From positions 912,940-976,939 of the forward strand of contig CAWAFX010000002.1 of the NCBI GenBank assembly GCA_963781495.1: a stretch of 64,000 nucleotides of DNA, in the 5' to 3' direction. The notes beneath the pieces were generated by a model. It saw nothing but the letters and a program-made list of their open reading frames with translations, searched no databases and was not told the origin of the DNA. The stretch's first letter is position 1, and each line of letters opens with the position of its first letter. Both the position numbers and the translations under genes were made by a program. Positions 1 through 9,436 of this stretch are shown here, piece after piece. This DNA is from an uncultured Solirubrobacterales bacterium (GTDB lineage Bacteria; Actinomycetota; Thermoleophilia; Solirubrobacterales; 70-9).

Positions 1-72
1 TCACTTGAATAGCCAGTCTTTCACCAGAGATACGATCATCGCATCGGAGCTGTCTCGTCCAAGGACATACCC

Positions 73-756
73 TTGGTCACCTTCTGCCTGATGCACGGGA
101 ACTGGCACGACGCGTCGTCGTGGGATCCACTGCTCGGGCCGCTGCAGGAGCGCGGCCACGAGGCTTTGGCGCCGGAGCTGCTCCTCCACGATTCCGATGC
201 GAGCTTCGAGGAGCGTGTCCAGCCGGCGCTCGACGCTCTCGAAGGCGTCAGCGGCCCTGTCGTCATCGTCGGGCATTCGGGGTGCTCGGGCTACGCGGCG
301 TTTGCGGCCCACGAGAATCCCGGCACCCTGCTCGTGCACCTGTGCCCGCGGCTCGCCCAATTCGCGCCACAAGGCGCCCCGAAGCCCTTCCGCGACGGCT
401 TCCCCTTCCCGCCCACCGCAGAGGACGGTTCGATGACCTGGGAACCGGAGGCGGCGATCGACGCGATGTACAGCCGTTTACCTCCGGAGACCGCCCGCGC
501 GCTGGCCGACCGGCTGCTGCCCGGCGCCGCGGCGGCCACCTACCCGCTCGACGGGCATCCCGACGTCCCGACCGCGCTCATCTATGCCAGCGAGGACGAG
601 TTCTTCGAGCCGGAGTTCGAGCGCTACATGGCCCACGAAGTGCTCGGCATCGAGCCGATCGAGATCCAAACCGGCCACTTCCCGATGGTCGAGGACCCCG
701 ACGGGCTCGCGGAGGTGCTCGATCGCCTCGCCCGCGAGCACTCCGCTGATAACTGA
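73..756 (+). CDS. alpha/beta-fold hydrolase (esterase-like)
   Basis: 227-aa ORF with a TTG start at 73 preceded by AAGGA. It has an HGNWHD N-terminus, a VIVGHSG nucleophile-elbow-like motif and a C-terminal GHFPMVEDP motif, all typical of alpha/beta hydrolases. Confidence 0.75.
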   Translation: MVTFCLMHGNWHDASSWDPLLGPLQERGHEALAPELLLHDSDASFEERVQPALDALEGVSGPVVIVGHSGCSGYAAFAAHENPGTLLVHLCPRLAQFAPQGAPKPFRDGFPFPPTAEDGSMTWEPEAAIDAMYSRLPPETARALADRLLPGAAAATYPLDGHPDVPTALIYASEDEFFEPEFERYMAHEVLGIEPIEIQTGHFPMVEDPDGLAEVLDRLAREHSADN

Positions 757-758
757 AA

Positions 759-831
759 TGGGCCGTGAAGGACTCGAACCTTCAACCTTGAGATTAAGAG
801 TCTCCTGCTCTGCCAGTTGAGCTAACGGCCC
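759..831 (-). tRNA. tRNA-Lys (anticodon CTT)
   Basis: The reverse complement folds as a cloverleaf. The acceptor is GGGCCGT/ACGGCCC, the D stem GCTC/GAGC, the anticodon loop CTCTTAA and the T arm GAAGG-TTCGAGT-CCTTC. Confidence 0.9.
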
Positions 832-921
832 TGATAGCAGCGGCCCCGGGGTGCCGAGGCCGGGTCGAAGTATAGGAATCGCGGCCGGGCTCGATCAGCC
901 GACGGGCACCGGCTTGCCGAC

Positions 922-1602
922 CTAGAAACCTTCGCGCAGGCGGTAGCCGATGCCCGGCTCGGTGATCAGGTAGCGGGGCCGCGAGGGCTCGGGCTCGAGC
1001 TTGCGGCGGATGTGGGCGAAGTGGACCCGCAGGTAGTGGGTCTCGTCCTCGTAGCCCGGTCCCCAGACCTCGTGCAGGAGCTGGCGCTGGGTGACGAGCT
1101 TGCCGCGGTGCACGGCCAGCGCCCGCAGCAGATCGAACTCGATCGGGGTCAGGTGGACCTCATCCCCCCCTCGGCGCACGCTGCGGCCCGCGAGGTCGAT
1201 CTCCAGCTCGCCGATCGTCAGCGTCGGCTCGGCGCCGTCGTCGCCGCCACGCCGCATCACCGCCCGCAGCCGGGCCAGCAGTTCCTCGGTCCCGAACGGC
1301 TTGGTGACGTAGTCGTCGGCGCCGGCGTCGAGCGCCTTGACCTTCTCGCGCTCGTCGCCGACCGCCGAGAGGACGAGGATCGGCAGCTGGCTCCACTTGC
1401 GCAGCTCGCGGCAGACCTCGACCCCACTACCGTCGGGCAGCACCAGGTCGAGGACCAGCGCCTCGGGCGGCCGCGACGAAAGCACCGCCAGCGCACCCTC
1501 CTTGTCGGCCGCCGTCTCGACCTCGTAGCCGGCATCGCGAAGGATCACCTTCAGGCCGCGGACGATCTGCGGCTCGTCGTCGACGACCAGCACCCGGCTC
1601 AT
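922..1602 (-). CDS. kdpE: OmpR-family response regulator, KdpE-like
   Basis: The true start is MSRVLVVDDEP, the internal Met of the 376-aa track ORF. It has a receiver domain (DLVLPDGSG, KPF) and a winged-helix output ending YLITEPGIGYRL. Its ATG overlaps the kinase stop by 4 nt (ATGA). Confidence 0.85.
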   Translation of the reverse strand: MSRVLVVDDEPQIVRGLKVILRDAGYEVETAADKEGALAVLSSRPPEALVLDLVLPDGSGVEVCRELRKWSQLPILVLSAVGDEREKVKALDAGADDYVTKPFGTEELLARLRAVMRRGGDDGAEPTLTIGELEIDLAGRSVRRGGDEVHLTPIEFDLLRALAVHRGKLVTQRQLLHEVWGPGYEDETHYLRVHFAHIRRKLEPEPSRPRYLITEPGIGYRLREGF

Positions 1603-3014
1603 GCGGTCGGCGCCGGCTGCGGCTCGAGCGGGAACGAGAGCGCGAACGAGGTCCCGTCCATGGTCCCGCTCTGCAGCCTGATCGCACCTCCATTGGCCTC
1701 GACGAGACCGCGGCAGATCGCCAGCCCCAGGCCCGACCCCCCGTGACCGCCGTCGCCGGTGACGAAGGGCTCGAAGATCTCTGCCTGCCGTCGCGGGGGT
1801 ATCCCATCGCCGCGGTCGGTCACCCGCACGATCACCTTCCCCCCGCCGCTGCCGCCGCTGATCCGCACCGGCTCGTCCTCGGGCGAGTAGCGGATCGCGT
1901 TCTCGATCAGGTTCGAGAAGACGCGCTCCAGCTGCGCCGGGTCGGCCTTGACCAGCGGCAGGTCGGGTGGCAGTTCGAAATCGATTTGACGCTCGCCGAG
2001 CCGGGCCCTGATCCCGGCGGCGGCGTTCGCCGCCACCTCGGCGATGTCGCACCAGTCGGTGCGCGGGTTCACCGCTCCAGCCTGGATCCGCGAGACGTCG
2101 AGCAGGTCGTCGACCAGCCGCGCCAGGCGATCGGACTGGTCGTCGATCACCGAGAGCAGCTCGCGCCGGTCCTGCTCGGAGATCGTCCCCGCGCGCAACC
2201 CTCCGGCGGCAGTCGTGATCGCGGTCAGCGGCGAGCGCAGATCGTGCGAGATCGCGTGCAGCAGCGCCGTCTTCGCGGCATCGGCCCGTCGCGTCGCCTC
2301 ACTCTCGGCGAACTGGCTGCTGATCCGCTCGTGCTCGTGGGCGACGTCGATCAGCCGGCCGAGCGGATCCGCCATCCGCTGCAGGTCCTCCCGCTCCCAG
2401 CCCGCATCGCCGGCGGCGAGGATCCATCCGGGGCGCCGCCTCGATGAGAGCGGCACCACCGAGGCCTCACCCTGCGGCGGGGCGGAGCTGAGCTCGATCC
2501 GCAGCTCGCCACCGGTCGACTCGGCGACGCTGCGGCCCAGGTTCTCCAGCTGGGCGTCGAGATCGCCGCCGGCCAGCACCGCCGAGGCCGCTTCGGCCAG
2601 CACCGCGGCCTCCCGCTCGCGCGCCGCCGCGTGCGTCGCCCGGCGCTCGGCCTCCCGCGCCCGCTCACGCGAGGTCGCGGCGAGGCGGCCAATCACGATC
2701 GCGGCGATCAGCAGGACCGCGAGCGCGACGACGTTCTCGGAGTCGGAGATCGTCAGCCGGTGGCGCGGCTCGATGAAGAAGTAGTTCAGCGCGATCACGC
2801 TCAGCACCGCAGTGGCGAGGGCGGCAAGCTCGCCGCGGCGGACGGCGATCGCCAGCACCGCGAGCATGTAGACGACGCCGAGGCCGGTGATCGGAGCGAC
2901 CTGGTCCAGCAGCGCCACCAGGCCGGTCGCGACGGCCACCGAGAGCAGGACTTCGACACTCAGAAGCGCGACCCGGCGCCGGCTCAACGCGGCTTCCCTG
3001 GCTGGGAGCGACAC
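1599..3014 (-). CDS. sensor histidine kinase, KdpD C-terminal type, lacking the KdpD/Usp N-terminal sensor module
   Basis: 471 aa. It has an N-terminal 4-TM DUF4118-like block (LLSVAVATGLVALL..NYFFIEPRH). It also has a HisKA H-box (LLHAISHDLRSPL) and HATPase N/G boxes (NLIENAIRYS, DRGDGIP, GSGLGLAI). Confidence 0.85.
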   Translation of the reverse strand: MSLPAREAALSRRRVALLSVEVLLSVAVATGLVALLDQVAPITGLGVVYMLAVLAIAVRRGELAALATAVLSVIALNYFFIEPRHRLTISDSENVVALAVLLIAAIVIGRLAATSRERAREAERRATHAAAREREAAVLAEAASAVLAGGDLDAQLENLGRSVAESTGGELRIELSSAPPQGEASVVPLSSRRRPGWILAAGDAGWEREDLQRMADPLGRLIDVAHEHERISSQFAESEATRRADAAKTALLHAISHDLRSPLTAITTAAGGLRAGTISEQDRRELLSVIDDQSDRLARLVDDLLDVSRIQAGAVNPRTDWCDIAEVAANAAAGIRARLGERQIDFELPPDLPLVKADPAQLERVFSNLIENAIRYSPEDEPVRISGGSGGGKVIVRVTDRGDGIPPRRQAEIFEPFVTGDGGHGGSGLGLAICRGLVEANGGAIRLQSGTMDGTSFALSFPLEPQPAPTA

Positions 3015-3059
3015 GATCCAAGTGTAGGTCCCGCCGCTGCAACGGCAGTGGGGGTGCGA

Positions 3060-3860
3060 CTAGGGGGAGGTACCGAGGCTGCCCCCGCCGGAGAGGCCGC
3101 CGAGCGGGTTCTGCAGCGCCTGCTTGCCGGCGCCGCCCTTGTGGAACTTGGTCGAGGCCTTGATCTGCTTCTGGATCTGCTCGCCCTGCTTGCTGTACTG
3201 GGCCACCGCCTGCTTGACGGCATTGCGCTGCGTCGACGGCGCCGCCTTGACCGCCTTCGCGGCGGCCTCGTCGCCGCCCTGCGTGTCGCCGGAGAAGTAG
3301 CGGTAGCGGGCCAGGGTCAGGTACGAGTTCAGGCTCGGCTTGGCGTCGGCGAAGACCTGCTGGGCATTCGCAGCCGCGGTGATCTTCGCCTTGAACTCGA
3401 GCGCCGGTGCGGTCGCGGCCGAGTACAGCAGCGCGGTGGCCGCCAGCTGGGCGACGTTGGGGTCCGGCTTGGGTCGCACCTTGAGGTAGCGAAGCCATGC
3501 GTCGCCGGACTTGCCGAAGTCGTTGACCGCACCCTGTGTGAGGCCGGTCGGGGCGCCGGTCGCGGGGTCGAACTGGATCTGGCCGTTGCCGGCCGTGTAG
3601 CGCGCCCTTACGTCAGCCGCCAGAAGCTTCGGGTTGCGGGGGTCCTTGGCCAGCTTGACCTCGACCTGCTTGGCCTGGTCGTCGAAGTTGGTGCTGCTGC
3701 CGCTTGAGTTGTTGAACAGCGAGTCGAGGTTGACCGGGCCGACGACGAAGAAGAGACTTGTCGTCATCAACAGCGCCAGCAGCGCGTAGACGACCTGCAC
3801 CAGCCGCTTGCGCTTGCCACGCAGGTCAAAGACCATTCTGTGCTCGCCGCTGTCGGCCAC
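3060..3860 (-). CDS. hypothetical membrane-anchored protein (single N-terminal TM, Ala/Lys-rich helical ectodomain)
   Basis: 266-aa ORF lying 4 nt downstream of tatC on the same strand. It has a TM segment VVYALLALLMTTSLFFVVGP. I recognise no family motif. Confidence 0.55.
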   Translation of the reverse strand: MADSGEHRMVFDLRGKRKRLVQVVYALLALLMTTSLFFVVGPVNLDSLFNNSSGSSTNFDDQAKQVEVKLAKDPRNPKLLAADVRARYTAGNGQIQFDPATGAPTGLTQGAVNDFGKSGDAWLRYLKVRPKPDPNVAQLAATALLYSAATAPALEFKAKITAAANAQQVFADAKPSLNSYLTLARYRYFSGDTQGGDEAAAKAVKAAPSTQRNAVKQAVAQYSKQGEQIQKQIKASTKFHKGGAGKQALQNPLGGLSGGGSLGTSP

Positions 3861-3863
3861 GAT

Positions 3864-4628
3864 CTACTCCTGGGTCGAGGGCTCGGGCAATCGCCGCTCC
3901 GCCTGCCCGCCGAAGAGCCGGGCCAGGACGATACTCAACTCGTAGAGCACGATCAGGGGCACCATCTCGATCAGCATCGTTATCGGGTCCACCCCGGGCA
4001 GCGCCGCGGCGACGATCGAGATGATCAGATAGGCGTAGCGGCGGTTCTTCGAGAGCTGCTTCGGGGTCACGATCCCGAGCTTGGTCGCGGCGAGGATCCC
4101 GATTGGCACCTGGAAGATCACCCCGACCGCGAGCAGGGTGGTGGCGAAGAACGAGTAGTAGTCGCGGGCCCGGACCTGAACGTTGAATTGGTTGTCGTTG
4201 AAGTTGAGCAGGAACTTGACCGCCGTGGGCATGACGATGAAGTAAGCGAAGACGATCCCGGCCACGAACAGCAGCGGGATCATGAACAGCAGCGGCGTCA
4301 CGACCCGGCGCTCGGCGTCGCTGAAGGCCGGCAGGACGAAGGCGTAGAGCTGGTAGAGGACGATCGGCAGCGAGAGGATGATCGCCCCGTAGGCAGAGAT
4401 CGTGAAGGTGCTCATGAACGGCTCGGTGACCCCGAAGGTGAGCAGCTTGTCGTGGTTGGAGGGCAGCGGGCCCCTGGCGATGTCGAGCAGCAGGTGGTTC
4501 TGCCAGAAGCACAGCGCCAGGGCAACGCAGAAGACGGCGACCGAGACGATGAGACGAGTGCGCAGCTCGTCGAGGTGCTCGACGAGGGTCAGGCGGTCCT
4601 CATGCCTGGCCGCCTTGAGGCGGGCCAT
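3864..4628 (-). CDS. tatC: twin-arginine translocase subunit TatC
   Basis: 254 aa and polytopic. It has the characteristic N-terminus LTLVEHLDELRTRLI and lies directly downstream of tatA. Confidence 0.9.
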   Translation of the reverse strand: MARLKAARHEDRLTLVEHLDELRTRLIVSVAVFCVALALCFWQNHLLLDIARGPLPSNHDKLLTFGVTEPFMSTFTISAYGAIILSLPIVLYQLYAFVLPAFSDAERRVVTPLLFMIPLLFVAGIVFAYFIVMPTAVKFLLNFNDNQFNVQVRARDYYSFFATTLLAVGVIFQVPIGILAATKLGIVTPKQLSKNRRYAYLIISIVAAALPGVDPITMLIEMVPLIVLYELSIVLARLFGGQAERRLPEPSTQE

Positions 4629-4642
4629 CGAGACGCGGCCTC

Positions 4643-4897
4643 CTAGGCCCGTTTCTCGGTGACTACCTCGCCCTCGACGGGCTCGACCGCTTCAGCCTCG
4701 GCCGCGGCCTTCGACTGCTGCAGCTCGCGCATCTGCTTGTCGTCCTCGTCCTCGTCGTCGCCGCTCATTGCGCCCTTGAACTCGTTTATCCCCTTGCCCA
4801 ACGACTTGCCAAGCTCCGGCAGCCGTTTGGGGCCGAAGACGATCAGGGCGATCACCAGCACGACGAGGATTTCGGGCAATCCGATATTCGGAATCAC
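4643..4897 (-). CDS. tatA: twin-arginine translocase subunit TatA/E
   Basis: 84 aa. It has the [30 protein letters not shown] signature followed by an acidic tail. Confidence 0.9.
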   Translation of the reverse strand: MIPNIGLPEILVVLVIALIVFGPKRLPELGKSLGKGINEFKGAMSGDDEDEDDKQMRELQQSKAAAEAEAVEPVEGEVVTEKRA

Positions 4898-4945
4898 AGA
4901 CCGAATGCTACCGGCGCGCGGGCATCGGCCCCCTGCAGCGCCCCT

Positions 4946-5533
4946 TTATGACTTTTCCCGCCCGCCGTCGGCTTCGAAGTTGAGGTGGTAGCGGCTGGGC
5001 GTCGGCTCGGCCTGGCCCTGGTACTTGCTGCCCGCCTCACGCGAGCCATAGGGGCTCTCGACCGGCCCGTCCATGCGCATGAACGAGATCTGGCCGATCG
5101 GCATCCGATGGTAGATCGTGATCGGCAGGTTGGCGACGTTGGAGAGCTCGAGCGTCAGGTTGCCCTCGAAGCCCGCATCGACGAAGCCGGCGGTCGAGTG
5201 GATCAGCAGGCCGAGCCGACCGAGCGAGCTCTTGCCCTCGAGCCGGGCGACGAGGTCGTCGGGCAGGCGCACTCGCTCCAGGGTCTGGCCGAGCACGAAC
5301 TCGCCCGGATGAAGGATGAAGGGATCCTCCTCCCCGATCTCGACCAGCTCGGTGAGGTCGTCCATCGGCTGGCGCACGTCGATGAACGGATAGCGGCCGT
5401 TGTGAAAGACGCGGAACTTCCCGTCGACTCGTACGTCGACGCTCGATGGCTGCACCATCGTCGCGTCGTAGGGCTCGAAGGCGAGGCGCCCGGCCTCGAT
5501 CTCGGCCCGGATCGTGCGGTCGCTCAGAACCAT
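4946..5533 (-). CDS. dcd: dCTP deaminase (Dcd family)
   Basis: 195 aa. MVLSDRTIR...QPSSVDVRV...[17 protein letters not shown] matches the Dcd/dUTPase-fold family. Confidence 0.9.
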   Translation of the reverse strand: MVLSDRTIRAEIEAGRLAFEPYDATMVQPSSVDVRVDGKFRVFHNGRYPFIDVRQPMDDLTELVEIGEEDPFILHPGEFVLGQTLERVRLPDDLVARLEGKSSLGRLGLLIHSTAGFVDAGFEGNLTLELSNVANLPITIYHRMPIGQISFMRMDGPVESPYGSREAGSKYQGQAEPTPSRYHLNFEADGGREKS

Positions 5534-5662
5534 CGCCGGTCTGAAAACAGGGGTCCGTGCATGGGCAAATCCAGTCTATTGACGAGGCACCCGTACCCGT
5601 TAATGGGGCTTTTCCCGAAGTCACCAAAAAGTGGGGTCAACTCGCGATAGGCATTCCCCGAT

Positions 5663-6016
5663 ATGGCGCTCAACATGGCAACGGGAAACAGCCAAACGCC
5701 GACCAGCAAGGTCCAGACCAAGGTCGAGCTGCACGTCTGCCCTGACTGCACCTCGAAGCTGGTCCAGCCAGTCGCCTGGGAGCAGGTTGCAAGCAGCAAC
5801 GAGTGGCGTCTCTGGCGCCGCTGCCCCGAATGCGAGTGGAACGGCGACGACATCCATCTCGAGTCGACGATCGACGATTACGACGAGCAGCTGGACTTCG
5901 GCACCCGTGAGCTGGCCGAGGAACTGCGTGCCCTGCAGCAGTCGAACATGGAAGAGGCGATCGACCGCTTCGTCTCCGCCCTGCAGGCCGACCAGATCCT
6001 GCCCGAAGACTTTTAG
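5663..6016 (+). CDS. hypothetical zinc-ribbon protein (CxxC...CxxC)
   Basis: 117-aa ORF. CPDC at residues 26-29 and CPEC about 27 residues later form a 4-Cys ribbon, followed by an acidic helical C-terminus. A TTGACG-N16-TAATGG promoter-like sequence lies upstream. Confidence 0.55.
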   Translation: MALNMATGNSQTPTSKVQTKVELHVCPDCTSKLVQPVAWEQVASSNEWRLWRRCPECEWNGDDIHLESTIDDYDEQLDFGTRELAEELRALQQSNMEEAIDRFVSALQADQILPEDF

Positions 6017-6018
6017 CC

Positions 6019-7017
6019 CTAGGCGTAGCGCTCGACCACGCCGTCGGCGACCATCTCCAGCAGCTCGCGCTGCTCGGCGTCGAAGACCGGTGCGGCGAGG
6101 CTGCGCTTGGCTTCGGCAACCATCCGCAGCGCCTCTTCGCGCACTTCCTCCAACGCGCCGGTGGCGGCGATACGGTCGCAGACCCGCTCCGCCCCCGCCT
6201 GATCGAGGCCGCGAAGCTCGACCTCGGCCAGGGCCGGGTCGCGTCGCATTGCGGTGATCAGAGGCAGCGTCACGGTGCCGTCGAGCAGGTCCGTCCCCCG
6301 CGCCTTGCCGGTGCGCTCCGGCGGGCCGCTGACGTCGAGGACGTCGTCGAGGAGCTGGAAGGCGAGCCCGATCTCGGAGCCGAAGGAACGCAGCTGCTCT
6401 TCGCCGCCGCCTCCGTTGGCGCCGCGGCGCGCGGTCCAGCCCATCAGGCAGGCGCACTCGAACAGGCGCGCGGTCTTCAGCCGGCAGCGCTCCATGTAGC
6501 GCTCGGCGCTGATCGCGGTGTCGTACTCGTCGCGGCGCTGGGCCAGCTCCCCGCGGGCCAGGGCCACCGAGGCCTGGCTGAGCAGCCCCACCTGGCCGCC
6601 GTCCCCGGCCTCCGCGAGCAGCGCGAAGGCGCGCGAAAAGAGCAGGTCGCCCGCCGCCGTCGCCGGAGCCCGGCCCGAGGTCGCGGCGATCGTGGGCCGG
6701 CCGCGGCGCAGCGGCGCGGCGTCGAGGACGTCGTCGTGGACCAGGGTCGCCATGTGCACGAGCTCGACCGCGGTCGCCGATCGCACCGCCGCCTCGCCTC
6801 CGGTGGCGCCGCCGCAGAGCAGCACCAGCAGCGGCCGCAGCCTCTTGCCGCCGGCGAGTAGCGTCGCCGTGGCGTCGCGCTGCAGACGCGGCCCGTGGCC
6901 CTCGGCGGCGTCCCGCAGCTTCGTCTCCACGGCTCCGAGCCGGGTCGGCAGCCAGGCGCTTGCCGCGTCGAGGACGGCGGTGACCGGCGGCGGCACCGCG
7001 GAGTGGCGCGGGCTCAC
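6019..7017 (-). CDS. long-chain polyprenyl diphosphate synthase (HepT/IspB type)
   Basis: 332 aa with both aspartate-rich motifs (LVHDDVLD and FQLLDDVLD). It overlaps ubiE/menG by 4 nt. Confidence 0.85.
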   Translation of the reverse strand: MSPRHSAVPPPVTAVLDAASAWLPTRLGAVETKLRDAAEGHGPRLQRDATATLLAGGKRLRPLLVLLCGGATGGEAAVRSATAVELVHMATLVHDDVLDAAPLRRGRPTIAATSGRAPATAAGDLLFSRAFALLAEAGDGGQVGLLSQASVALARGELAQRRDEYDTAISAERYMERCRLKTARLFECACLMGWTARRGANGGGGEEQLRSFGSEIGLAFQLLDDVLDVSGPPERTGKARGTDLLDGTVTLPLITAMRRDPALAEVELRGLDQAGAERVCDRIAATGALEEVREEALRMVAEAKRSLAAPVFDAEQRELLEMVADGVVERYA

Positions 7018-7775
7018 GGACCTGGCTCCCCGTCCGCCTGCGGTCGGCGGCCGCTGTGGATCGCGATGATCCCGCCGGCCAGGACGGTGACCCGGATCGC
7101 CTCCAGGCCGGCCGCGTCCATCCGCTCAGCCAGCCCCTGCGGCGATGGGAAGCTGCGCACCGACTCCGGCAGGTAGCTGTAGGCGTCGCGGTCGCCGGCC
7201 AGGGTCCCCAGCAGCGGCACCAGGCGGTCGAACCAGAGCGAGTAGAAGCTCGACAGAGGCGGCCGCCGGGGCTGGGTGATCTCGAGGATCACCAGGCGTC
7301 CGCCGGGGCGCAGGACCCGCGCCATCTCCACCAGCCCGCGGTCGAGGTCGGAGAGGTTGCGGACCCCGAAGCCGACCGTGACGGCGTCGAAGGACGCGTC
7401 CTCGTAGGGCAGCTGCAGCGCATCGGCCCACTCGAAGCGCACCGTGCCCGCCCCGCGCTCGGCGGCCTTGGCGCGGGCGAGCTCGAGCATCGGCTCGGAG
7501 AAATCGCAGCCGGTCACGCTCCCGGCCGGTCCGACCCGCGCCGCCATCTCCAGCGCCAGGTCACCGGTCCCGCAGCAGACGTCGAGCGCCGCGTCACCGG
7601 GTCCGAGCTCGGTGCGGTCGGTCGCGCGCCGGCGCCAGCGGTGGTGCAGGCCGGCGGTCATGACCGAGTTCATCGCGTCGTAATGGGCCGCGATGCGGTC
7701 GAACATGCGGTTGACCTGGGTCGAGAACTGCTCCGACCCACGGCTGGGGCGTCCGGTGGAGCTCAAGCTGGGCAT
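7014..7775 (-). CDS. ubiE: demethylmenaquinone methyltransferase (UbiE/MenG)
   Basis: 253 aa. It has FDRIAAHYDAMNSVMTAGLHHRWRR, the SAM motif LDVCCGTGD, and FGVRN. Confidence 0.9.
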   Translation of the reverse strand: MPSLSSTGRPSRGSEQFSTQVNRMFDRIAAHYDAMNSVMTAGLHHRWRRRATDRTELGPGDAALDVCCGTGDLALEMAARVGPAGSVTGCDFSEPMLELARAKAAERGAGTVRFEWADALQLPYEDASFDAVTVGFGVRNLSDLDRGLVEMARVLRPGGRLVILEITQPRRPPLSSFYSLWFDRLVPLLGTLAGDRDAYSYLPESVRSFPSPQGLAERMDAAGLEAIRVTVLAGGIIAIHSGRRPQADGEPGP

Positions 7776-7807
7776 CGTCGCGCGAACTGCGACGCTTTGC
7801 CGTGCGC

Positions 7808-8512
7808 TCAGTCGCGCGAGGCGAGGAAGTCCGCCAGCGCGTTGAGCTTCTTCGGCGGCAGATCCTTGAACGAGGGCATGATGCCGGGGCCGATCTCGAG
7901 CGAGCGGACGATCGCCGCGCGCGGGATCCGGGCTCCGATGTGGGTCAGGTCTGGCCCCGGGCCGTTGTTGCCGTTCTCGCCGATGGTGTGGCAGGCGCCG
8001 CAGCCGGACTGCGCCGCAACCTCCTCACCGGCCTTGTATTGGGGCGGCACGGCGAGGGCGATCTCGTTCGGCGAGCCGGTGGTGGCGCCGGCGAGGGTCA
8101 AATAGGCCATCGCGAGGATGACCATGATCCCGGCGGTGGTCGCGATCGGCCGGTGCTCGGGCCGGCGCTCCGGGCCGCGGTCGTAGAACGGCAGCAGGAT
8201 CATCGCCACCATCGCGATCGTCGGGATGATCACCGTCGCCAGCGGGGTGTAGATGGGGTGGTTTCGGAACACCCGCAGCAGCTCGAAGAGGAAATAGAAG
8301 TACCAGTCGGGCCGCGGCACGTAGGTCGTCGTCGTCGGGTCCACGCTGGGTCCCTGGGCCGCGCCGAGGACCAGCGACAGAACGATCACCACGATGGCGA
8401 CGACCAGCATCATCGTCGAGTCCTTCAGCACCGCGTAGGGAAAGAACGGCTTGCCCTTCTTCTTCTGCACCTCGTAGTCGCGGAGGTACTGCTCCTTGTC
8501 GCTGTTCTTCAT
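7808..8512 (-). CDS. qcrC: menaquinol:cytochrome c reductase subunit IV fused to cytochrome c (QcrC, Bacillus type)
   Basis: 234 aa. The N-terminal half carries the subunit-IV PEWY-like motif (RPDWYFYFLFE) and 3 TM segments. The C-terminal domain carries a single heme c site, CGACH. Confidence 0.8.
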   Translation of the reverse strand: MKNSDKEQYLRDYEVQKKKGKPFFPYAVLKDSTMMLVVAIVVIVLSLVLGAAQGPSVDPTTTTYVPRPDWYFYFLFELLRVFRNHPIYTPLATVIIPTIAMVAMILLPFYDRGPERRPEHRPIATTAGIMVILAMAYLTLAGATTGSPNEIALAVPPQYKAGEEVAAQSGCGACHTIGENGNNGPGPDLTHIGARIPRAAIVRSLEIGPGIMPSFKDLPPKKLNALADFLASRD

Positions 8513-8522
8513 CGGCCGGCGC

Positions 8523-9428
8523 TCATTCCTCGGAGGCCTCGATCCGGGGCGCGGCGCCGTTGCCGCTGCCGTTCGCGCCCGCGGTCACCTGTTCGACCGG
8601 CAGCGCCGCCTGCGGCGGGTCGGCCTTGAGCCAGGGCGGCGCCGTCGTGCCCAGCTTCACCACCAGGTAGAGGTGGGCGCCGATCAGGGCAATGATCGCT
8701 CCCGGTATCAGCAGCATGTGGATCGCGTAGAAGCGCGACAGCGTCGTGGCCCCGAACTCCGGGCCGGCGCGTAAGAAGTCGGCCAGGTAGGGCCCGAGGA
8801 CGGGCCCCGTCGCGGTGATGTTGTTGGCCACCGTCGTGGCCCAGAAGGACTGCTGGTCGAAGGGCAGCAGGTATCCGGTCAGCCCCATCACCATCGTCAG
8901 GATCAGCAGCACGGCGCCGATCACCCAGTTGAGCTCGCGCGGGTACTTGTAGGCGCCGAAGAAGAAGACCCGCCCCATGTGGAGGAAGATCAGGATGATC
9001 ATCACGCTGGCGCCCCACTTGTGCAGCCCGTGAACGAATTCGCCGAGCGGCACGTCGTTGTTGATGTGGGTGATCGAGCCGTAGGCCTCGGTCGGCGACG
9101 GCGTGTAGAACATCGCCAGGAAGACCCCGGTGATCGCCTGGATCACGAAGGCGAACAGGGTCGCCGAGCCGAGCGTGTAGTACCAGTTGGTCCCCTTCGG
9201 GACCTTGCGGTAGAGCATCCCGGTGAGAAAGCCCGAGCCGCCAGTGCGCTGGTCGACCCAGCCGAGGACGTCCTTGCCTGCCTCGGCCGTTCCGGCCACC
9301 AGGCGGTCGGTGTCGCTGGGGGGCGGCGCCGGCTCCTTGGTCAGGTCGGCCGGGGCCTGGCCGTTGCCATGGCCGTTGGCGCCCGGCTTGGCGGGCTTGC
9401 GCAGCGCGGCTGGTAGCGGAAGCTTCAT
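8523..9428 (-). CDS. qcrB: cytochrome b6-type subunit (QcrB, short 4-helix form)
   Basis: 301 aa. Its motifs (TLFAFVIQAITGVFLAMFY, HGLHKWGASVMIILIFLHMGRVFF, GYLLPFDQQSFWA) are typical of the cytochrome b N-terminal domain. It has Pro/Ala/Gly-rich N- and C-terminal extensions. Confidence 0.85.
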   Translation of the reverse strand: MKLPLPAALRKPAKPGANGHGNGQAPADLTKEPAPPPSDTDRLVAGTAEAGKDVLGWVDQRTGGSGFLTGMLYRKVPKGTNWYYTLGSATLFAFVIQAITGVFLAMFYTPSPTEAYGSITHINNDVPLGEFVHGLHKWGASVMIILIFLHMGRVFFFGAYKYPRELNWVIGAVLLILTMVMGLTGYLLPFDQQSFWATTVANNITATGPVLGPYLADFLRAGPEFGATTLSRFYAIHMLLIPGAIIALIGAHLYLVVKLGTTAPPWLKADPPQAALPVEQVTAGANGSGNGAAPRIEASEE

Positions 9429-9436
9429 CGCTCAGA

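Noticed and set aside
1-372. Minus-strand 123-aa ORF at the left edge.
   Set aside because: It is antisense to the well-supported alpha/beta hydrolase gene and has no motifs.
1603-2052. 150-aa N-terminal extension of the kdpE ORF.
   Set aside because: It overlaps the histidine kinase gene in another frame and is Arg-rich junk. Receiver-domain similarity starts at MSRVLVVDD.
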